DNA of 64,000 nucleotides. Source: an uncultured delta proteobacterium (GTDB lineage: Bacteria > Desulfobacterota > Binatia > UBA9968). Below, one piece after another: positions 48,663-58,518 of the stretch (its first letter is position 1; the number at the start of each line of letters is the position of its first letter). Both the position numbers and the translations under genes were made by a program. The stretch spans positions 352,001 to 416,000 of the forward strand of contig CAVUVW010000021.1 in assembly GCA_963745035.1 (NCBI GenBank), in the 5' to 3' direction. The notes under the pieces are model-generated. The model was not told the origin of the DNA, searched no databases, and worked only from the letters and a program-made list of their open reading frames with translations.

Positions 48663-49512
48663 ATACATCGTCGAAAGACGCGGCAAGGCGACCGTGTGGC
48701 TTTGCGGATCGTATGCTGATCCGGCGTTTGTCGACCGGCTCGCTGAGCCGGATGCTTGGTTCGCCGATCCGCGGCTGGTTCTCGTCAAAGACACGAAAAA
48801 GACCAAAGTCGGACGCGTGACCGTAACCATCGCCGGCACATCCCGCTCGGTCTACGTGAAACGATACAATGCGTTCTCGCTGCGCTATCGAATCGGGTCG
48901 CTTTTCTCTCGATCAGCCGCGCGGCGCTCGCTCTGGGGTGCCAAGCTTCTCGCCGCCGGCGGAATCGCCAGCGCGCAGCCCATCGCGAGCGTCGAAGCGC
49001 GGCGCTACGGCATGCTGCGCCAAAGCTTTTTTATCTCCGAGGAAATCGCCGGCGCGCGCACCACCGACGCATTCTGGCGCCAGCACCTGCGGGCGCGCGG
49101 GGGACGAGAGGGGTTCCGGCTTCGGCGCGCGTATCTGGAGCGCTTGGCGGCGCTGTTTGCCGCGTTGCACGCCCGGCGGATCTACCACGACGATCTGAAG
49201 GACGCGAACATCATGGCCTTCGCTGGAGAAGACGGGGCCGTGAGATTCGCCTTGCTCGATCTCGAGGGCGTGCGCCGCTGCGCTCAGCTCAGCGAGCGGC
49301 GGCGGGTCAAGAACCTCATGCAGCTATACCGCACTCTGGGACGGCACCTCACTCGCTCTCAAAAGTTGTTTCTGCTCAAGAGCTATCTCGGCGCGGAGTT
49401 TCGCGACCGCGCCCGCCGGCGCAAGCTTGCGGCTGCTGTGATCGAGCTTGCCCGGCGCGTGGACCGCCGCAAGGCTCGCGAAGCCGGGGCGGGCGGTCAG
49501 CGTTGGTCGTGA
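48655..49512 (+). CDS. LPS kinase (Kdo/WaaP/InaA family)
   Basis: VYVKRY, HDDLKDANIM, LLDLE, KNLMQL; TTG start inferred. Confidence 0.8.
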   Translation: MAEYIVERRGKATVWLCGSYADPAFVDRLAEPDAWFADPRLVLVKDTKKTKVGRVTVTIAGTSRSVYVKRYNAFSLRYRIGSLFSRSAARRSLWGAKLLAAGGIASAQPIASVEARRYGMLRQSFFISEEIAGARTTDAFWRQHLRARGGREGFRLRRAYLERLAALFAALHARRIYHDDLKDANIMAFAGEDGAVRFALLDLEGVRRCAQLSERRRVKNLMQLYRTLGRHLTRSQKLFLLKSYLGAEFRDRARRRKLAAAVIELARRVDRRKAREAGAGGQRWS

Positions 49513-49669
49513 CTTCGGGCCACTTTGGATGAGCGGACGAAGTGGCAGACGGCGCAGGCAAACGCCGAGCGATGCCGCGAGGTTTTTGCGGTTGCGCGGG
49601 CGATGTGGAGGAAAAAAGGATTTGGCCGACTACGACGGGATCGGCTATGATAGCGAACGCCGAGGGCCA

Positions 49670-50446
49670 ATGGGAGAAGCCAGCTACGAGCCGAAAGTCG
49701 TCGTCGTCATGCCCGCGTACAACGCGGCCAAGACCCTGCGACTTACCTACGATGCGATCCCCAAACAGGATGTCGATCATGTCATCTTGGTCGACGATGG
49801 CAGCCGCGACGAGACCTTGCAGATCGCCAAAGATCTCAACCTCGAAGTATTCGTCCATGGGCGGAATTACGGCTACGGCGGCAATCAGAAGACCTGCTAC
49901 ACCGAAGCCCTCAAGGCGGGCGCGGATATCGTGGTGATGCTGCATCCGGACTATCAGTACGACCCGACCTTGCTGCCCACCGTCGTTGCGCCGATCAAAG
50001 GCGGCGCCGCTGACGTGGTTTTGGGATCGCGTTTAATGCACGGAAACGCGATTCGGCAGGGCATGCCGTGGTGGAAGTTCTTCGGCAACAGGTTTTTGAC
50101 CACGATCCAAAACCGGCTGCTGCGCCAGAATCTTACCGAATACCATACCGGCTATCGGGCGTTCAGCCGGCGCGTATTGGAGGAAGTTCCGTTTCTTCTC
50201 AATTCCGATAATTTTGTTTTCGATCAAGAGATGCTTGTGCAGGCCATTCATTTGGGCTTTCGGATCAAGGAAGTTCCCGTGCCGACGAGATACTTCGCGG
50301 AAGCCTCGAGCGCGAGCTTTTATGCCAGCGTGATCTACGGCTTCAGCATACTGGCTTTGTTGATACGATATCGTCTGCATCGCGGCGCCCTGGTGACGCA
50401 GAAGCAGTTCGAATGCTTCACCGCGCGCTACCGGAGAGCCGAATGA
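49670..50446 (+). CDS. glycosyltransferase family 2 (DPM1-like)
   Basis: VMPAYNAA, VDDGSRD, NYGYGGNQK, HPDYQYDP. Confidence 0.9.
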   Translation: MGEASYEPKVVVVMPAYNAAKTLRLTYDAIPKQDVDHVILVDDGSRDETLQIAKDLNLEVFVHGRNYGYGGNQKTCYTEALKAGADIVVMLHPDYQYDPTLLPTVVAPIKGGAADVVLGSRLMHGNAIRQGMPWWKFFGNRFLTTIQNRLLRQNLTEYHTGYRAFSRRVLEEVPFLLNSDNFVFDQEMLVQAIHLGFRIKEVPVPTRYFAEASSASFYASVIYGFSILALLIRYRLHRGALVTQKQFECFTARYRRAE

Positions 50447-51153
50447 CCGACGCCGGGCAGCGCCAGCCCGTCTATCGCCTGAAGCAGTTCAAATACAATA
50501 GCCACTATTGGATCCTGAAATTCCTTTCCAACGCCGCGAAGCCGTCGCGCATTCTCGATATCGGCGCTGCGGAGGGTTACCTAGGGGAGATTCTCAATCG
50601 AGAAGGGCATTATCTGGTCGGTGTGGAGAGCGATGCCCGTCTCGCGGAAAAGGCGCAAGCCCACTACCACGTCCTCCATCGTGCCGACGTCGAGAGCTTT
50701 GATTTTTTTTATCGAGACGAATTCGATTACATCTTGCTCGCCGATGTGCTCGAGCACCTGCGCGATCCCGCGGCGGTGCTCCGGCGGGTTTTGCCTTGTT
50801 TGAACAAAAACGGCGAAGTCATCATTTCGCTTCCCAATATCGCCCATCTGTTTGTTCGTTTAAGTCTGCTGTTCGGACGCTTCGACTACCGTGATCGCGG
50901 CATACTGGATCGGGGCCACCTGCGATTTTTTACCTTGGCCGGCATCAAGCAAATGATGCGCGAAACGTCCTGCCGCATCCTGGAGCTTAGGCCGACCTCG
51001 GCGCCCGTCCAATTGGTGTTTCCCTGGTCTGACCGGCCGGCCTTCGCGCCGCTCCACGAATCACATTTCCTCTCGGTGCAGCTCTGCCCCACGCTGCTCG
51101 CATATCAGTTCGTGATGCGGACGGCGCCTGAGCGACACAATGATCCGTCGTAA
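50443..51153 (+). CDS. class I SAM-dependent methyltransferase
   Basis: ILDIGAAEG, DVLEHL, SLPNIAH, GILDRGHLRFFT. Confidence 0.9.
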   Translation: MTDAGQRQPVYRLKQFKYNSHYWILKFLSNAAKPSRILDIGAAEGYLGEILNREGHYLVGVESDARLAEKAQAHYHVLHRADVESFDFFYRDEFDYILLADVLEHLRDPAAVLRRVLPCLNKNGEVIISLPNIAHLFVRLSLLFGRFDYRDRGILDRGHLRFFTLAGIKQMMRETSCRILELRPTSAPVQLVFPWSDRPAFAPLHESHFLSVQLCPTLLAYQFVMRTAPERHNDPS

Positions 51154-51291
51154 GGATGTTTCGAGCATAACGGCTCTAGCTCCGGCGCGCGAGCCGGTGG
51201 ATTTTATTCAGGAGCAGTGCTATCTCAAGTTTTGGTTTAGGCGGAGCCGGTCGCGCCGTCGCGGCGCGTTGGTTGTAAAAAGGCGGATCGG

Positions 51292-52017
51292 GTGAAACGT
51301 CACCATCTACTCATCCTTGGAGCACCCCGCACGGGCACCACCTTGCTGGCAACGATGATCAGCCGCCATACCGATATCGGTATTTTGAACGAAGATGACG
51401 GCTGGTCGATGCGCAGGCTCCTGGGAAAGCTTGTGGTCGGAAACAAGCGATGCATTCCGAACCAGATCGAGATGGAGCGGCGCGGCAAACTGAGGCTTCG
51501 TTTATGGAAAAAAATCGGATTGATGAAAGAGTATCAAAGCTCGCTTTTTTCCATCGAAGACTACTTGACGCTGCCGCGCATCCAAATCATCGGCATCATT
51601 CGCAATGGCAACGACGCGATCTCCTCGGGCATGAGCCGCGGCAAGAAGAGTTTTTGCGGCGCCGCTTACCGGTGGTGCCGGGCGATTGAGATCATGCACG
51701 AGCTCACGACTCGATTTCCCGAAAGAGTCCTCATCGTTTCTTTCGAGGATTTGGTCATGCGGCCAAGAGTAAACATGCAGCGGGTCGCGGAATTTCTCGG
51801 CGTCGAGTACCAAGATCGAATGCTGGAGGGGCCGGTCTTCAATCCCTGGTATCCCGAAGAGGGCATGAACAAAGAAAAGGTCAACCGTTCTCGGAAGGAA
51901 AAAATTGATTTCAAGCTCGAGACGCAATTCCCTTCGGTCTACAACGAATATCTTAAATTGTTGGCGCTCTCGCAAATTACCGCCACAATGCCGGTGCGGC
52001 GCATACAAAGCGGCTGA
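51292..52017 (+). CDS. sulfotransferase-family protein
   Basis: ILGAPRTGTTLL (5'-PSB loop), IIRNGNDAISS (3'-PB), FEDLV..P...MQRVAEFLG. Confidence 0.82.
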   Translation: MKRHHLLILGAPRTGTTLLATMISRHTDIGILNEDDGWSMRRLLGKLVVGNKRCIPNQIEMERRGKLRLRLWKKIGLMKEYQSSLFSIEDYLTLPRIQIIGIIRNGNDAISSGMSRGKKSFCGAAYRWCRAIEIMHELTTRFPERVLIVSFEDLVMRPRVNMQRVAEFLGVEYQDRMLEGPVFNPWYPEEGMNKEKVNRSRKEKIDFKLETQFPSVYNEYLKLLALSQITATMPVRRIQSG

Positions 52018-52104
52018 GATCTCGCCCACGAGATGGGTGAAGCAGAAGTCTGTGCCCCGAGGATTCGGTTTTCGGCCGGGTCATGTCCAAATCCGACCGT
52101 TCAT

Positions 52105-52124
52105 CCGCCGCGCTTTCGCGGCGG
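52105..52124. terminator. GC-rich hairpin downstream of sulfotransferase (possible terminator/REP-like)
   Basis: CCGCCGCG-CTTT-CGCGGCGG perfect 8-bp stem; no immediate U-tract. Confidence 0.3.
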
Positions 52125-52337
52125 CACGCGGTATCACGCGAAAAAACGGCTCATGCCGCAACGGCCGGCGGCAGCATTTCGAAAAAGATCAGTCGAGCTT
52201 GATTCCCATCGCGAGGCCGTGGCGGGGCTAATTTTGCGTTGATGCGTCATCCCGAAGTCGGCAGTTAGAGCCCGCAAATCCTGCCGCCGCGAAGATATGT
52301 TTACTGTGTCGCGGAGCGGATTGCGTTGAGCGGTGGT

Positions 52338-53243
52338 ATGAGCGACGCGCCACTGGTATCCGTCATCATCGCGACCTACAACCGCGCGCGTTTGCTGGCG
52401 CAAACTCTCGATAGCATCTTTGCGCAATCTTTTTTGGATTTCGAGGTGATCGTCGTCGACGATGGCTCGAGCGACGACACGCGCGCAATTTTGGCTCCGT
52501 ATCAAGACCGCATTCAATACATTTTTCAAGAGAACCGCGGCCCTTCGGCTGCGCGCAATCTGGGCGCGCGGCGCGCCAGGGGCGCCTGGCTTTCGTTCCA
52601 GGATTCCGATGACCTCGCTCGCCCGAATCATCTTCGGGCGTTGCACGGATACACGCAGGCCCATCCCGATTGTGCGATGGTGTTCGCGAACGGCGATTAT
52701 CTCGGCGGCCCCGAGCACAACCGGAGCACGATTATTTCCGGCGCCAAATCACGCTCCCTGGCGACTCGCGGCGTCAAGCTCGGCGACATCTTCAACAAAA
52801 GCATCGTCCGCCTGCAGGCGGCGCTCATCGACAAAGCCGCCTATGAAGCCCTCGGCGGCCACGACGAGTCGCTGCGCATCTGCATGGATCTCGATCTGTC
52901 GTTTCGCTTGCTGATGAATTTTCCCGTCGGCTATATCGACGAGGCGGTTTTTTCCTATCGCAAGCACGAGGGCAACATCGGCCGTAATGAAGAGCTGCGC
53001 CTGACCGAGAATATTCGAGTCGTGGAGAAACTCTTGCGAGATTACCCGCGGGCGGGCGAGATCATCGGCGGCCGAAACATCGCGCGGCGACTGGGCTACC
53101 GGTATTATCGCCTGGCCAAAGGACGATGGAAGCGGCAGCGCCGCGCTGATGCGCGCGCGGCTTTGGCGCAGGCCGTCGAACTGTGTCCGGCGAACCTGAA
53201 GTATCGTTTCTACCGAATGCGCTGGGCGCTTGCGGCGGCCTAG
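52338..53243 (+). CDS. glycosyltransferase family 2
   Basis: VSVIIATYN, VVDDGSSD, GPSAARN, FQDSDD. Confidence 0.9.
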   Translation: MSDAPLVSVIIATYNRARLLAQTLDSIFAQSFLDFEVIVVDDGSSDDTRAILAPYQDRIQYIFQENRGPSAARNLGARRARGAWLSFQDSDDLARPNHLRALHGYTQAHPDCAMVFANGDYLGGPEHNRSTIISGAKSRSLATRGVKLGDIFNKSIVRLQAALIDKAAYEALGGHDESLRICMDLDLSFRLLMNFPVGYIDEAVFSYRKHEGNIGRNEELRLTENIRVVEKLLRDYPRAGEIIGGRNIARRLGYRYYRLAKGRWKRQRRADARAALAQAVELCPANLKYRFYRMRWALAAA

Positions 53244-53990
53244 AAGGGCGCTGTTTCCCGCGCGCGGCGGGCGGAAAGGGAAATCACCAGACCGGTAGCC
53301 GCTTTGCGCGGTGAGGCGGCGCAGCAGCTTTCGTCCCACTTTCCTGGAATGAGGGATGCTGCTTTTGCGCGTGGCGATGTAGAGGGCGCGCAAGCCGAGG
53401 GTGCGGTAGATGCGCAGTGTTGTGGTGGGCGAGGCGCGGCGAACCTTGCGCGCGGCGGTGATGTTATCGACGATCGCGATTTCCTGGAAGCGTCCGGAAC
53501 GAAAAACCGATTCCCACAAGACCCGCTTGGGGCTCTTTTTTCGAATCGTGTCATGCATGGCGACGATGGCGCCCTCGACCAGATGGGTTCCCACAAAGTG
53601 AAGTCGAGCTTGGCCGCTTCGTAGCGGTGGTCGCCGTCGATCCAAAGCACGCGTGCGGGGTGGTTCCATCCGCGCGAGGCTTCCTCCGAGGTCATGGAAC
53701 CGCGTGATCGTGGACACCGACGTATTTAAGATTGGCGAGAAACTCGGCTTCGGTATCTTCGAAATAGCCCTCTTCGGGGCAAATTCGATGGGGAACGATG
53801 GCGTAGACACTTTGTCGGCGTGGGCGCTCGCGGCGCCCCGTCCAAGGGCTGCCGTCGATTTACCCTTCCAACTGCCGATTTCGACGATCACGCCGTCGCG
53901 CTCGTTGAACTGCCCCAATCGAAACAGGCATTCCACTTCCGCGCGGGTGAGCATGCCGGGCAGCTCGCAAATGTCTTCAAGAGTATGCAA
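53240..53990 (-). pseudogene. degraded class I SAM-dependent methyltransferase (Methyltransf_24-like)
   Basis: VEIGSWKGKS, LWIDGDHRYE and GAIVAMHD lie in different frames with at least three indels; ends are approximate. Confidence 0.7.
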
Positions 53991-54082
53991 AGCCGGCTCT
54001 CGTGTTTGGCGGATATCATTAGACCGGCATCACTTAAAGCGATGGATTGATTTTATCCGGATCGGCTCCTATGGTGATGGCC

Positions 54083-54889
54083 ATGCCCGGTGACTCGAGC
54101 AGTGAAAAGGGCGTGCCGACGGTGTCCGCGATCGTGGTCTGCTTCAACGAGGAAGAACGCATCGGGGACTGCCTGGAAAGCCTGCGCTGGTGCGACGAGA
54201 TCGTCATCGTCGATTCTTTCAGCACCGATCGAACGCCGGAGATCTGCCGGCGCTACACCGACCGCTTTATTCAGAGAGCGTGGGCCGGCTACCGCGATCA
54301 GAAGGCGTTCGCCCATTCGCAGGCGACCCAGGAATGGGTGTTGCTGGCGGATGCCGATGAGCGCGTCACCCCGGAGTTGCGCGAGGAAATCCGCGCTTGC
54401 CTTGCCCGCGACGGCGGTGCCTACGCCGGCTACGCGGTGCCGCGTCTGGTGCACTATCTGGACCGGTGGTGGCGCCGCGGCGGCTGGTATCCCGACTATG
54501 ACGTGCGGCTGTTTCGCCGCGAGCGCGCCACCTGGGGCGGAGCCGATCCGCATGAAAAGATTCTCGTGGACGGAAAAGTTTGCCGTCTCAAGAATCCGCT
54601 GAACCATTTTTCCTATCGCAATATCGAAGACCATCTGCGGCGCATCAACCGGTTTACCTCGATCTCGTCGCGGGAGGCGCGCCGCAATGGGGCGCGCTGG
54701 CGCTTGAGCGACGCCCTGTTGCGTCCCGCCGCCCGTTTTCTCCGCTCCTACGTTCTCAAGCGCGGCTTTTTGGAGGGCTTTGCCGGTTTCTACGTGGCGG
54801 TCACCGCCGCAGTTTACGTTTTTCTCAAGTATGCTAAGCTCTGGGAGCTGGAACTGGAGGAGAAGAAAAAACTTGGGCGGAAGCGGTGA
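54083..54889 (+). CDS. glycosyltransferase family 2 (KdtX/WaaE-like LPS glucosyltransferase)
   Basis: NEEERI, VDSFSTD, DADE, WYPD, GFLEG; start 54071-54083. Confidence 0.88.
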   Translation: MPGDSSSEKGVPTVSAIVVCFNEEERIGDCLESLRWCDEIVIVDSFSTDRTPEICRRYTDRFIQRAWAGYRDQKAFAHSQATQEWVLLADADERVTPELREEIRACLARDGGAYAGYAVPRLVHYLDRWWRRGGWYPDYDVRLFRRERATWGGADPHEKILVDGKVCRLKNPLNHFSYRNIEDHLRRINRFTSISSREARRNGARWRLSDALLRPAARFLRSYVLKRGFLEGFAGFYVAVTAAVYVFLKYAKLWELELEEKKKLGRKR

Positions 54890-55979
54890 TAACCGCCTTC
54901 TCAAGATTCTCCACATCGATCCCGAGAGGAATTGGGGCGGCGGGGAGGCGCAGGTTTTCGGTCTGCTACAGCATCTCGCGGCCAGGGGACATGACAACGA
55001 CCTTTTAGCCCACCCAAGCGGGCTTTTGTTCGCCCGCTGCCAAACTCTCGACGTGCACGCACGGCCCATCCTCATGCGCAACGATCTCGACGTGCGCTGC
55101 GTTTGGCCGCTGCGCCGACTCATTGGCCGGATGGCTTACGACATCGTCCACTTTCATACCAAGCGGGCCCATGCGCTCGCGTTCTGGCTGCCGCGCGGCA
55201 GACGGCGCCCCAAGTACGTGGTGACGCGACGGATGGACTACCCGGAGCCGCGCTCGTGGTACACGAATTGTCTGTATAACCGGCGAGTGGACGGCGTGGT
55301 GGCGATTTCGCAAACCATCGCCGGAGTGCTGCTCGGCGCCGGCGTGGAGCGAGACAAGATACGCTGCATATCGAGCGGCATCGATCCGGAAAGGTTCGCC
55401 GCCGTCGGCGCGCGCGCGGGCGCAGACGACGGTGTCACCGTGGTCGGCTGCTTGGCGGGGCTGGAAAAGCGCAAAGGTCATCTCTACCTGCTCGAGGCGG
55501 CCGCTTTGCTCAAAGCGGAAGGCTTGCGGGTCCGTTACCAGATCGCGGGCGACGGCCCGCTGCGCGCTCAACTGGAGACCGAAGCGCAACGCCTGGGCGT
55601 CGCAGAGGAGATGTGCTTTTTGGGGTTCGTCGCGGATACGGCGCGGTTTCTTGCCGGAGTGGATCTTCTGGCAATGCCGTCGCTGTACGAGGGGCTGGGG
55701 GTGGCGGTGCTGGAAGGGATGGCGGCGGGGAAGCCGGTCGTCGCCACCAAAGTCGGCGGCCTCAGCGAGTCGGTGCTCGACGGCGTCAGCGGATTTCTCG
55801 TGCCGCCGCAGGATCCGGCGGCGTTGGCAGCGGCGATCGCCAAGCTCGCCCGCTCGCGCGCCCTCGGTCAAGCGATGGGCGCTCGAGGGCGGGAGCGCGC
55901 GCGCGAGTATTTCTCCTTGCAGCGGATGGCGCTGCAAAATGAATCTTACTACCGGGAGCTGCTGAGCATGCCTTCCTAG
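54873..55979 (+). CDS. glycosyltransferase family 4
   Basis: LHIDPERNWGGGE, EGLGVAVLEGMAAG; TTG start after GGAGGAG inferred. Confidence 0.88.
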   Translation: MGGSGDNRLLKILHIDPERNWGGGEAQVFGLLQHLAARGHDNDLLAHPSGLLFARCQTLDVHARPILMRNDLDVRCVWPLRRLIGRMAYDIVHFHTKRAHALAFWLPRGRRRPKYVVTRRMDYPEPRSWYTNCLYNRRVDGVVAISQTIAGVLLGAGVERDKIRCISSGIDPERFAAVGARAGADDGVTVVGCLAGLEKRKGHLYLLEAAALLKAEGLRVRYQIAGDGPLRAQLETEAQRLGVAEEMCFLGFVADTARFLAGVDLLAMPSLYEGLGVAVLEGMAAGKPVVATKVGGLSESVLDGVSGFLVPPQDPAALAAAIAKLARSRALGQAMGARGRERAREYFSLQRMALQNESYYRELLSMPS

Positions 55980-55994
55980 CCGGCAGTTTTTTAT

Positions 55995-56978
55995 ATGTCC
56001 CGCTTGTCCGCGATCCTCGAAAAATTTTCCCGGACTCGCCTCCTGGTGGTCGGCGATCTGATGCTCGATCGATTCATCTGGGGCGAGGTCGAGCGCCTCT
56101 CGCCGGAGGCTCCGGTACCGATTCTGCGGGTCGTGTCGGAGAAATCGAGCTTGGGCGGCGCCGCCAATGTCATTCACAACGTGCGCAGTCTGGGCGGACA
56201 GGTGACCGCCTGCGGCATTGTCGGCAAGGACGAGGCGGGCAAGCGCATTCTTGCGGCGCTGGAAAAAATCGGCGCCTCGACTGCGGGCCTGATCACCGAC
56301 GCGCGCTTTCAAACCATCGAGAAGAGCCGGATCATTGCCAGCCCGCATCACCAGCAGATCGTCCGGTTGGACCGGGAAAACCATCAATCGATCGCCGGGA
56401 CTGTTTTAAAAAGGCTGCGCGATTTTATCGCCGCCAACGCGGCAAGCTTCGACGCGGTCGTGGTTTCCGACTACGGCAAGGGTGCGGTTCACGCTGAGCT
56501 GCTGCACTGGCTGGCGTCGGGCGCGGGTCGGCAAAAGATCGTCTGCGTCGTCGATCCAAAGAAGGAGAACTACGACCGCTATCGGTTTGCGACATTGGTC
56601 ACACCGAACAAAAACGAGGCGAGCGAAGCTTCCGGCATCGCCATCGCGGACGAAAACTCGCTGGTTGCGGCGGGGAAAAAGCTCGTGCGCAAGTGGCGCG
56701 CCGAAGCGGTGCTGATTACCAGAGGCGCCGACGGCATGAGTCTCTTTCGCCCGCGCTTTTCCGTCCAACATTTCCCCACCGAGCCGCGCGACGTATTCGA
56801 AGTCACCGGCGCCGGCGACACCGTCGTCGCGGTATGCGCGCTCGCTCTTGCCGCGGGCGCGAGCTTCGCGGAGGCGGCGATGCTCGCCAACATCGCTGCC
56901 GGGTTTGTCGGCGACGAAGTCGGAACGGTGGCTGTTCCGCTCCAAAAGCTGCGGCGCAGCGTCGAGGATCAGCTATGA
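55995..56978 (+). CDS. hldA: D-glycero-beta-D-manno-heptose-7-phosphate kinase (RfaE domain I)
   Basis: GDLMLD, SPEAPVP, GGAANV, SDYGKG, VTGAGDTV. Confidence 0.93.
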   Translation: MSRLSAILEKFSRTRLLVVGDLMLDRFIWGEVERLSPEAPVPILRVVSEKSSLGGAANVIHNVRSLGGQVTACGIVGKDEAGKRILAALEKIGASTAGLITDARFQTIEKSRIIASPHHQQIVRLDRENHQSIAGTVLKRLRDFIAANAASFDAVVVSDYGKGAVHAELLHWLASGAGRQKIVCVVDPKKENYDRYRFATLVTPNKNEASEASGIAIADENSLVAAGKKLVRKWRAEAVLITRGADGMSLFRPRFSVQHFPTEPRDVFEVTGAGDTVVAVCALALAAGASFAEAAMLANIAAGFVGDEVGTVAVPLQKLRRSVEDQL

Positions 56979-57835
56979 AAAGCATGACCGGATACGGCGA
57001 AGGGTCACAAAGCGTTCGCGGCGCCAAAGTGACCGTGCAGATTCGCAGTTTGAATCACCGCCATCTCGATCTCCAGCTTCGGGTGCCTCGGGAGTATCTG
57101 TCTCTCGAAGAAGAAATTCGCAAAACACTGCGCGGCAAGATCTCCCGCGGGCGGGTCGATCTTTTCGTCAACCGCTACGCCGCCAAAGCATCGGCGCGCA
57201 AGCTGGAAATGGACGAGAGCTTGGTCGGGCAATACATCGCCGGTGTGAAGCAGCTCAAAAAACGCTATGGTCTGGCCGGCGAGGTGGACGTCTCGCTGTT
57301 GGCCAATATTCCAGACTTGGTGCATGTGCGCGACGCGGAAGCCGACGCCGCCGGCGAAAAACAAGCCCTGCTGAAGGCGCTCGCCGCCGCGCTCGGCAAG
57401 CTCGAGCGCTCGCGCGAGCGCGAGGGCGCGCATCTGCGCGCCGACATGGAATCTCAAATCCGCCATTTGAGCAACATCGCCGGCGACTTGGAAGCGCGCG
57501 TTGCAGAGTATCCGCTCCGCTTGCAGCGAGGCGGAGCGTCGGAGACCGACGATAACGGAATCCAGGATAAAGAAGCCGCGGAGGTTGCAAGCGCGACCTT
57601 GAAGGGCGACGTCAATGAAGAAATCGTCCGCTTGAAGACCCATATCGCGTCATTGGCAAAGGTGATTCGCGAGCGCGAACCGGTGGGTAAGAAGATTGAT
57701 TTCATGCTTCAGGAAGTCAACCGCGAGCTCAACACTATCAGCTCGAAAGTGCCCCACTTGCCGGTCGTGCAGCTCGTCTTGCAAGGCAAGGAGCGGGTCG
57801 AAAGGATCCGCGAGCAAGCGCAGAACATCGAATGA
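56975..57835 (+). CDS. yicC: YicC/YloC-family endoribonuclease
   Basis: MKSMTGYG, SLNHR, RGRVD, GKKIDF..QE.NRE.NT..SK, REQAQNIE. Confidence 0.93.
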   Translation: MKSMTGYGEGSQSVRGAKVTVQIRSLNHRHLDLQLRVPREYLSLEEEIRKTLRGKISRGRVDLFVNRYAAKASARKLEMDESLVGQYIAGVKQLKKRYGLAGEVDVSLLANIPDLVHVRDAEADAAGEKQALLKALAAALGKLERSREREGAHLRADMESQIRHLSNIAGDLEARVAEYPLRLQRGGASETDDNGIQDKEAAEVASATLKGDVNEEIVRLKTHIASLAKVIREREPVGKKIDFMLQEVNRELNTISSKVPHLPVVQLVLQGKERVERIREQAQNIE

Positions 57836-58518
57836 TGCGCCGTCCCATTGCGCCCGCCAAGCGGCTGGGCATTATTTTCATTCTTTCCGCGCCCTCCGGC
57901 GCCGGGAAGACGACCCTCTACAACGGCTTGCGCGAAATTTATCCGGAAATCGAGCTGTCGGTTTCGTGCACCACGCGCGCCAAGCGGGCCGGCGAAGTCA
58001 ACGGACGGGATTACATCTTTCTCACGGAAGCGGAGTTCGAGCGTTTGAAGCAGCGCGGCGAGTTTGCCGAATCGGCCAGGGTGCACGATTATTTTTACGG
58101 CACTCCTAAAACTCCGCTCCAGCGCTGCATCGCTTCAGGGCGCGATATCCTGCTCGACATCGATGTCCAGGGCGCGCGCCAAATCAAGAAAAGCTTTCCG
58201 CAGGCCGTATCCATATTTCTCTTGCCACCCTCGCTGAGCGAACTCAAGCGCCGCTTGGCGGCGCGCGGCACCGATGGCAAAGAAATTATCCGTCGCAGGC
58301 TGGCCAATGCCCAAGGTGAAATCGGCGAGATAATCCATTATGATTACTTTGTCGTCAACCGCGAAGTGGATCGAGCGGTAAAGGATCTGGCCGCCGTTGT
58401 GGTGGCGGAGCGGGCGCGGATCTCGCGCGTTACAGAGTGGCAACTCGAGCCGCTTCGTGGCAAAGCGGCTTCGACGGACGATGGCAAAAGAAGCAAAAAT
58501 CAACGAATTGGTCGATAA
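57832..58518 (+). CDS. gmk: guanylate kinase
   Basis: SAPSGAGKTT, SCTTR, YGTP, DIDVQGA. Confidence 0.96.
   Translation: MMRRPIAPAKRLGIIFILSAPSGAGKTTLYNGLREIYPEIELSVSCTTRAKRAGEVNGRDYIFLTEAEFERLKQRGEFAESARVHDYFYGTPKTPLQRCIASGRDILLDIDVQGARQIKKSFPQAVSIFLLPPSLSELKRRLAARGTDGKEIIRRRLANAQGEIGEIIHYDYFVVNREVDRAVKDLAAVVVAERARISRVTEWQLEPLRGKAASTDDGKRSKNQRIGR

Noticed and set aside
52749-53990. 413-aa minus-strand ORF as an intact gene
   Set aside because: The middle is out of frame relative to the methyltransferase motifs and the tail is antisense to a GT2 gene; treated as a pseudogene.
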